Positions 57,835-64,000 of a stretch of 64,000 bases of DNA are shown piece after piece. The first letter of the stretch is position 1. The number at the start of each line of letters is the position of its first letter. The position numbers and the translations under genes are program-made. Location of the stretch: IMG/VR virus record IMGVR_UViG_3300028195_000197, positions 3,248 to 67,247 of that record. One strand, 5' to 3'. Under the pieces are notes generated by a model, which saw only the letters and a program-made list of their open reading frames with translations, did no database searches and was not told the origin of the DNA. This DNA is from a virus.

Positions 57835-57845
57835 TTTATTATACT

Positions 57846-57888
57846 CTTATTTTATTCTAATCTATTAGGATATGCAATGTGGTATTAT
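57846..57888 (+). promoter_or_regulatory. TAAT-box promoter (MTase cassette 1)
   Basis: TAATCT-N19-TATTAT with GCAATGTGG. Confidence 0.75.
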
Positions 57889-57912
57889 GTTGAAGAATCA
57901 AGGAGAGAAAAA

Positions 57913-58119
57913 TTGAAGGGAATCTTGGATATTAATGATTTATATGAATTCAGTCTCAACATTTTAGAACCAGTACTGACGGGAATGTTTACCAAAGATG
58001 AATGTGAACATGAAGTGGATTCAAATTTAACTTGTAAGTTATGCAACAAAAAACAAATTGCAGTATTTGGGGAAAATGAAGACTTTGTACGACATATTTT
58101 TATAGAAAAATGGGAATAA
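57913..58119 (+). CDS. Small Zn-binding protein
   Basis: AGGAG then TTG; CEH...CKLC. Confidence 0.5.
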   Translation: MKGILDINDLYEFSLNILEPVLTGMFTKDECEHEVDSNLTCKLCNKKQIAVFGENEDFVRHIFIEKWE

Positions 58120-58130
58120 GGAAAGAAAGG

Positions 58131-59102
58131 ATGAGAGAAATTGAAACTGTTTTCGGGGACTGTCTTCTAGTTAGTAATAAGATACCTGATGAAAGTGTTG
58201 ATTTAATACTGTCAGATGTACCATATGGGATTATGAAAGATTCTCCTAGTACATGGAATAAGAACAATACTAAATGGGATACTGCAATAAGTCCAAAAAA
58301 GATATTTGCTATCGCAAACAGAGTATTAAGAAAAAAAGGTAAATTGATTCTGTTTAGCCAAGAACCTTATACAAACAAACTGATTACATCTGCGATAGCT
58401 GACATTCCATTTAGCTATAGAGCAATATGGGAAAAAAATAGCTTCGCTAATAATTTAGGTGCAAAAAGAAATATGGTGTCCTTTTTTGAAGACATTTTAG
58501 TATTTAGTAAACATTTAGAAAGTGAACGCAATGATGACAATCCATGTAAAGACTATTCGGAGAAGTTATTTGCCTATATAAATAAGCCCCTAACTTTTTT
58601 TAACACTTACTATGGAAATAGTAAGCTAGTTCATTTCTATACTAAAGGAAAACAATTTAGATTGTGTACAGAGAGTATGTATAATAGTTTAATTGACGAT
58701 TTTAACATTAAAAATATGGAAGGGTTTATTAGCTATAAGAAATTAAAACGTTTAGATGAAATATATAAGGGAAGATTTAAAAGTATCTTTAATCTTTGGG
58801 AAGGGGGTAAGTATAAAAGCAACATACTAAAATATAAAAAAGATTCCATCTCTTTTCATCCAACACAAAAACCTGTGATGTTAATGGAAGACCTGATAAA
58901 GACTTTTAGTAATGTTGGTGATGTAGTAGTAGACTTGACTTGCGGCTCTGGCTCTACTTTAGTGGGGTGTAAGAATACTGGACGTGATGGTATAGGGATA
59001 GATAATGGTTATTGCGAAAAAGATAAAATTGTAAATGGTATTCAGTTAAAAGGATTGAAATGGGTAGAAATTGCTCAACTAAGATTGGATAAAGTTCTCT
59101 AA
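58131..59102 (+). CDS. N6-A/N4-C DNA methyltransferase (beta class)
   Basis: GDCL, LSDVPYG, HPTQKPV, DLTCGSGST. Confidence 0.88.
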   Translation: MREIETVFGDCLLVSNKIPDESVDLILSDVPYGIMKDSPSTWNKNNTKWDTAISPKKIFAIANRVLRKKGKLILFSQEPYTNKLITSAIADIPFSYRAIWEKNSFANNLGAKRNMVSFFEDILVFSKHLESERNDDNPCKDYSEKLFAYINKPLTFFNTYYGNSKLVHFYTKGKQFRLCTESMYNSLIDDFNIKNMEGFISYKKLKRLDEIYKGRFKSIFNLWEGGKYKSNILKYKKDSISFHPTQKPVMLMEDLIKTFSNVGDVVVDLTCGSGSTLVGCKNTGRDGIGIDNGYCEKDKIVNGIQLKGLKWVEIAQLRLDKVL

Positions 59103-59392
59103 TCCACTTCTTCAAATAACATGCTCGGAGAACCTCCGCAGCAATGTTTATTTCCTAATCGTTTTTCTAACAGAGCAGAAGCATCCCGCTCATCTACTTC
59201 TAAAACATAACCAGCCTTTAACCACACATACCATTCCTGTGTGACAGACCCTGGAAGTTTTACTTTTGCACTCAATAAGTTTCTCAACTTAATTTTATTG
59301 TAAGTTACAGTCTTCTTAGTATCAAGAGTAACTTTTGTTTCAGGGAGGGTTACTTTTTTTTGTTCGGGTTTAGATTTCTTCTTAGATGCCAT
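59099..59392 (-). CDS. CCG-motif hypothetical (neck-region) protein
   Basis: GAGG RBS; late strand. Confidence 0.6.
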   Translation of the reverse strand: MASKKKSKPEQKKVTLPETKVTLDTKKTVTYNKIKLRNLLSAKVKLPGSVTQEWYVWLKAGYVLEVDERDASALLEKRLGNKHCCGGSPSMLFEEVD

Positions 59393-59418
59393 ATAACCTC
59401 GCTTTGTTTAACTACATT

Positions 59419-59461
59419 CTAATTCTATTCTAATCTACTCAAGTATGCAATGTGGTATTAT
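59419..59461 (+). promoter_or_regulatory. TAAT-box promoter (MTase cassette 2), leaderless
   Basis: CTAAT-N6-CTAATCT-N19-TATTAT-N6-ATG. Confidence 0.75.
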
Positions 59462-59467
59462 TATACT

Positions 59468-60136
59468 ATGTGGAGTTACTACGGAAGAAAGAAGAAAATA
59501 ATAAAGAAATACCCTGAACCAATAACAGGGAGAATTGTTGAGCCTTTTGCTGGAACGGCTAGTTATGCTTATACTCACTGGGAAAATGATTGTATTATCA
59601 TAGACAAATTTGATAAGATAATAAGAATATGGAAATACTTACAAAACGCATCGTCTAAAGACCTACTTTCTCTTCCAGAAGTAGAAAATGGGGAGTGCAT
59701 AAAGCATAAACATGCTCAATTGTGCGAAGAAGAAAGATGGCTCATTGGATTTTGCATAAATAATGCCAGCCAAATTCCAAAACATACAGCGGGAAGGATG
59801 AACTTCAACTCATGGAGCAGAGATAAAATTAGAATATCCAAAGATTTATTCAAAATAAGACACTGGAATTTTATACTGGGGGAATACTCCTGTATAGAAA
59901 ACATTACAGCAGATTGGTTTATAGATCCACCATACCAATTTCAAAACTTGTACACTCATAATGATGTCAATTACTCTGAACTTGACTTATGGTGCAAGGA
60001 AAGAAAAGGTCAAGTTATTGTATGTGAAAATTCAAAAGGGAGTTGGATGGAATTTTCCACACTAACAGAACTGTCTGGACAAAGAACTAAAACTACAGAA
60101 GTTATTTGGCACAAAATTACTGCTGAAAATAAATAA
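59468..60136 (+). CDS. Dam/D12-class N6-adenine methyltransferase
   Basis: SYYG.K, EPFAG, IDPPY. Confidence 0.85.
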   Translation: MWSYYGRKKKIIKKYPEPITGRIVEPFAGTASYAYTHWENDCIIIDKFDKIIRIWKYLQNASSKDLLSLPEVENGECIKHKHAQLCEEERWLIGFCINNASQIPKHTAGRMNFNSWSRDKIRISKDLFKIRHWNFILGEYSCIENITADWFIDPPYQFQNLYTHNDVNYSELDLWCKERKGQVIVCENSKGSWMEFSTLTELSGQRTKTTEVIWHKITAENK

Positions 60137-60148
60137 GGAAAAAATTAC

Positions 60149-60706
60149 ATGGGCAAGAGAAGTGACTTTGAACGTAAATCAAGAGATTATTATGATACAC
60201 CTTATGAAGCAGTAATTCCCCTAGCTTCACATCTACCGAAATCTTTTACTTACATAGAGCCTTGTTCTGGAAAGTCTTATCTTACTTGGCATCTATCTGA
60301 ATTTGGTGGAGATGTTCTTGCTGAATATGACATTGAACCAAAGAATGACAGAATGTCAAAATTAGACGCGCTTACTTTAGCAGAAAGACATATTCCCCAA
60401 GGTACAGATTTCATCATCACGAATCCTCCTTGGATTAGAACAAAGAAATCTGGTTATCTGCTACACAAACTAATTGAAGTGTTTGCTAACATTCGTCCTA
60501 CATGGCTTCTAATAGATTCTGATTGGCACGATACGAAACAATCAGGAAAGTTACTAGATGATTACTGCACTAAGATAGTTCCAATTGGAAGAGTGAAATG
60601 GTTTGGGAACATGACAGGCAAAGATAATTGTAGCTGGTATATGTTTGATAAGAACAAGTGGCACGATTATATTTCCCCCGTAATAGAATTCTATCCTAGA
60701 GTTTAA
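60149..60706 (+). CDS. Adenine DNA methyltransferase (NPPW)
   Basis: DYY.TP, EPC.G, ITNPPW. Confidence 0.85.
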   Translation: MGKRSDFERKSRDYYDTPYEAVIPLASHLPKSFTYIEPCSGKSYLTWHLSEFGGDVLAEYDIEPKNDRMSKLDALTLAERHIPQGTDFIITNPPWIRTKKSGYLLHKLIEVFANIRPTWLLIDSDWHDTKQSGKLLDDYCTKIVPIGRVKWFGNMTGKDNCSWYMFDKNKWHDYISPVIEFYPRV

Positions 60707-60713
60707 GGAGTGA

Positions 60714-61241
60714 ATGATGAAAATGGATAAAGTTGCCAGTAGTAAAAATGACGAATTTTATACCCCTAGGTACGCCATTACTCCAATATTAAAATATCTA
60801 AAGCCACACAGCACTATTTGGTGTCCTTTCGATACTGATAAGAGTTTATTTGTATCAACATTTAGAAGTATCAATCACGAAGTTATCCATTCTCATATCA
60901 GTACAGGTGATGACTTCTTCAATACTTTTTATAAGTGTGATTATATAGTGTCAAATCCACCATACTCATTAAAAGGAAATGTACTAGAGAGATTGTTTTC
61001 TTTAGGAACACCATTTGCTATGTTAGTGGGGGTAGTTGGATTATTTGAAAGCCAACACAGATATAATCTCTTTAAAAATAACACGTTTGAAGTTCTCTAT
61101 CTCAATAAACGGGTTGCATTTTTCAAAAATTACTTGGACAAAAAGCCAAGTGTAAACCCACCGTTCAGCAGTGTCTATGTGTGCCACAACATGCTGCCAA
61201 AGCAGATAGTTTTTGACGAAATTGATAAGAAGAATATTTAA
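60714..61241 (+). CDS. Adenine DNA methyltransferase (NPPY)
   Basis: DEFYTP, IWCPFD, DFF, VSNPPYS. Confidence 0.85.
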   Translation: MMKMDKVASSKNDEFYTPRYAITPILKYLKPHSTIWCPFDTDKSLFVSTFRSINHEVIHSHISTGDDFFNTFYKCDYIVSNPPYSLKGNVLERLFSLGTPFAMLVGVVGLFESQHRYNLFKNNTFEVLYLNKRVAFFKNYLDKKPSVNPPFSSVYVCHNMLPKQIVFDEIDKKNI

Positions 61242-61651
61242 CTTACTTCATTCACTTTCATAGATAGGGGGACATCAGCTTTCCATACATCTTCTGCAAC
61301 CTGCACAGCATCAGGAAGGGAAGTGACACGTATAGTTGTCATCTTTACACTATTGTAAGTTTTATTTACATTGTGTAATTGTTTAGCGATAATCCCCTGT
61401 GATTGAATAGCCTGTTTACTTGATTTCTGCTCTGAGAAATAAGATATTGTCGCCACTGCATCATAAGGAGCGCATTGTCCTAATGTTGTAATGGAGCAGG
61501 TTATTCTGATATTAGGATATGAGAACTTCTCACCCATCCAATCAAGCTCTCTGATCTCATCTGTATCTATAAGAGTAGCTGGTATCGCTGCAATATCCTT
61601 GCACATACTTACTATTGCTGTACGAAGTTGATAATTGTCCACTAAAGTCAT
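61238..61651 (-). CDS. Tail terminator/completion protein (putative)
   Basis: Synteny; YP.I motif. Confidence 0.6.
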   Translation of the reverse strand: MTLVDNYQLRTAIVSMCKDIAAIPATLIDTDEIRELDWMGEKFSYPNIRITCSITTLGQCAPYDAVATISYFSEQKSSKQAIQSQGIIAKQLHNVNKTYNSVKMTTIRVTSLPDAVQVAEDVWKADVPLSMKVNEVS

Positions 61652-62169
61652 TTTACAGTAGCTCCCTTGAATGAAGAACGTAAATCATTTCTGATTCCTA
61701 ATGACCCTCTCAATTTCAGATTCTTTCTAAGGGTCTTCTTTGCTTTGACTATAGCAGGTCTAATATATCCTTCTTGTCCATCAGAATGATAAGGCTTTAC
61801 CCCAGGGTGCATCACCATAGGCAGTATAACCTGTCCAGCTTTAGGGCCAGATTTCACTCTAGGAATACTTGGATTGGCTTTATCCCAAGGAAACACTAAT
61901 GCTCCTCCAGATTTCTTAGGTCGGATTGGGTACTTTGCTCTGAACCTACCATGAAGACCAGAACCAAATTCTCTAGCTCTCGCATCTGGAGCATTTTTCC
62001 CTCCTGCCCTTACACGAATGTGGTATTTACTTCCATCTCTTTCTACACTGCTATGTATAGTGCTGCCAATTCTTGTACTGCCAACATTCTTCCTAGCTAA
62101 AACTGTAACATAACCAGCATAACTTATAGCCGATCTATAGATAGCGTCATCAAAGTTTTTAGTTGCCAT
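61648..62169 (-). CDS. HK97 gp10-like tail completion protein
   Basis: EFGS...I.PK...L.F...V.HPG...YIRPA. Confidence 0.7.
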   Translation of the reverse strand: MATKNFDDAIYRSAISYAGYVTVLARKNVGSTRIGSTIHSSVERDGSKYHIRVRAGGKNAPDARAREFGSGLHGRFRAKYPIRPKKSGGALVFPWDKANPSIPRVKSGPKAGQVILPMVMHPGVKPYHSDGQEGYIRPAIVKAKKTLRKNLKLRGSLGIRNDLRSSFKGATVK

Positions 62170-62546
62170 TACTGTATCGACCTGCTACGTTCAACCCTTT
62201 TCAGAACAACTTTCAAGAATGATCTACTGTCAGATGGGTGCATGGACGAGAGTTGAGGGTTTCCCATCACTCTAAAGAACTCTCCATAGTAAGGACTATT
62301 ACTTGGAGAAGTTATTTCAACTTCATTATAATTCTTTACTCCGACTGTCAAACATCCAATCATTCCTTCGTACAAATCAATAGACTCTACCCCTTGTTCA
62401 AGTAAAACCATTGTAGGAGGTTGTGCTGACATTCGCATACAGACACCTTCTTGCAGGATAGTCCCGCTAGGGACACTACCTCCAGTTTCATCATCCGATT
62501 CATAGTTAAACTCCCAAATAGTTGCTGTAAGGTTTAGTCCTAACAT
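62169..62546 (-). CDS. Head closure protein (putative)
   Basis: DD.TGG; synteny. Confidence 0.6.
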   Translation of the reverse strand: MLGLNLTATIWEFNYESDDETGGSVPSGTILQEGVCMRMSAQPPTMVLLEQGVESIDLYEGMIGCLTVGVKNYNEVEITSPSNSPYYGEFFRVMGNPQLSSMHPSDSRSFLKVVLKRVERSRSIQ

Positions 62547-62569
62547 TAGATTTCTTTCCTTGTCATATT

Positions 62570-62612
62570 CTAATTCTACTTTAATCTATTTATATGCGCA
62601 ATGTGGTATTAT
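62570..62612 (+). promoter_or_regulatory. TAAT-box promoter (MTase cassette 3), leaderless
   Basis: CTAAT-N6-TTAATCT-N19-TATTAT-N6-ATG. Confidence 0.75.
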
Positions 62613-62618
62613 CTCTCT

Positions 62619-63806
62619 ATGAAAAATATAAACGTACTATCCCTATTTGATGGAATGTCCTGTGGGCAAATTGCTTTAGAAAGAGCAGACATTTCAGTAA
62701 AGAATTACTATGCGTCTGAAATCGACAAATTTGCCATCTCCCATACTCAATATCGACATCCTAATACTGCTCAACTTGGAAATGTCAAGAATTGGGATAA
62801 GTGGAATCTTCCTAAAATAGATTTGCTTTTGGGTGGTAGTCCCTGTCAAGGATTTAGTATAGCAGGAAAGAGATTAAACTGGGAAGACCCTAGAAGTAAA
62901 CTATTTTTTGAATATGTTAGTTGCTTACATCACTATAAACCTAAGTATTTTTTATACGAGAACGTGGCAAGTATGAAGAAAGAGATAAAAGATGCAATTT
63001 CTCTCGAATTAGGTGTAGAGCCTGTGATGATAAATGCTGCATTAGTTTCCGCACAGTCAAGGAAAAGACTTTATTGGACAAATATTCCAGATATAACTCA
63101 ACCAGAAGATAGAGATATTCTTCTTAAAGATATTCTTGAAGAAGTTGATGCCATTGAAGAGAAATATTATGTGAGAACTGGTCATGCTGGAATAAAAAAG
63201 TCTTCGGAGCAAAAAGCTGGATGTTTAACTGGTGGAGGAAATTCTGGAGGGAACCATAGTGACATGACTTTGGTTTATGGGGGAGCTATGCGTGGAAGAT
63301 ATAATAAAGATAGAACAACTACACAAAAATTTGAGAGTAACAAAATACAGAAATCAAATTCTCTAACTACTGTCGGAAAAGATAGTCTAGTACATCTAAA
63401 AACTATTCCACATGGATACATAAAGGAATCGAAAAAAGATATAGAAAAGTACCCATCTTTATGTGCCCAATCTCCGGCATCTAAGCATCTAATTAGATTA
63501 GGAAGTGCTGTTAACATCAAAGGACATGATTATAATAAGCGCGTCTATAGTCCAGAGGGAATATCCCCCACACTGCCCACTTTTTCAGGAGGAAATCAAC
63601 ATATCAAGATCGCCGTAACGGAAGATAGATGGAGACGACTTACAGTAACAGAATGTGAACGTCTTCAAACAGTAGAAGATAATTGGACATTGACCCCATA
63701 TAAAAATAGAATGATGAGCAATTCTCAAAGGTACAAAATGTTAGGAAATGGATGGAATATCGAGACCATCGTACATATACTGTCTCACATTCCTACCTCA
63801 ATGTAA
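62619..63806 (+). CDS. C5-cytosine DNA methyltransferase
   Basis: LSLFDG, GSPCQ, ENV, Q.R.R, ECERLQ, LGNGW. Confidence 0.93.
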   Translation: MKNINVLSLFDGMSCGQIALERADISVKNYYASEIDKFAISHTQYRHPNTAQLGNVKNWDKWNLPKIDLLLGGSPCQGFSIAGKRLNWEDPRSKLFFEYVSCLHHYKPKYFLYENVASMKKEIKDAISLELGVEPVMINAALVSAQSRKRLYWTNIPDITQPEDRDILLKDILEEVDAIEEKYYVRTGHAGIKKSSEQKAGCLTGGGNSGGNHSDMTLVYGGAMRGRYNKDRTTTQKFESNKIQKSNSLTTVGKDSLVHLKTIPHGYIKESKKDIEKYPSLCAQSPASKHLIRLGSAVNIKGHDYNKRVYSPEGISPTLPTFSGGNQHIKIAVTEDRWRRLTVTECERLQTVEDNWTLTPYKNRMMSNSQRYKMLGNGWNIETIVHILSHIPTSM

Positions 63807-64000
63807 TAGCAGGTCTGACAAGTCTTATAGTAGCTTTTATCAAGTCTGCTGCATAACCAGCCTTTGCACTCCTGCCTAAAGATGTCACAGGCCAATCCTT
63901 TCTTTTCTCTCTGTAATCCATAGATGACCATTCAGTTATTCCTACATCTCCATCACTGCCACATCCACCAGCAACTTGACCTAACCCAATATTAGCCACA
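63793..64000 (-). CDS. Head-tail adaptor, C-terminal part
   Basis: Open frame from window end; synteny. Confidence 0.5.
   Translation of the reverse strand, partial: VANIGLGQVAGGCGSDGDVGITEWSSMDYREKRKDWPVTSLGRSAKAGYAADLIKATIRLVRPAITLR

Noticed and set aside
57688-62618. Shared MWYY N-terminal peptide in three ORFs
   Set aside because: It is the translation of the promoter sequence ATGTGGTATTAT; true starts are downstream
1-64000. Stop-codon recoding, inteins, introns or integrase
   Set aside because: Core genes are full length under code 11 with normal sizes; no integrase motifs recognised in the window

Overview
Most of a low-GC tailed dsDNA phage genome (siphovirus-like), apparently circularly permuted, since both window ends fall inside the minus-strand late operon. 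Late arm (minus strand): TerS/TerL, GH25 endolysin, portal, protease/scaffold, capsid, then a ~9.7 kb nucleotide-sugar, glycosyltransferase and sulfotransferase cluster. The head-tail and tail genes at 47.4-64 kb are interrupted by plus-strand DNA-methyltransferase cassettes. Early/middle arm (plus strand, 24.7-47.4 kb): membrane proteins, many small host-takeover-type ORFs, SSB, primase, DnaB-like helicase, PolA, UDG-like, RecA-like and endonuclease VII. I saw no integrase, CRISPR array, canonical tRNA or reverse transcriptase. The main non-obvious signals are: a 14-copy non-canonical promoter (11-bp-period YTHAT direct repeat, TAATCT-N19-TAnnAT); a TTACA-N3-TGTAA operator; a duplicated kissing-loop RNA leader in front of homing-endonuclease genes; a ~210-nt tRNA-shaped ncRNA; covarying C-C-mismatch hairpins between early genes; a single-domain beta-clamp fragment; a membrane-anchored HTH with intragenic palindromes; and an attC-like cassette. 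All product calls come from motif recognition by eye, with no database search, and the host is not determined.
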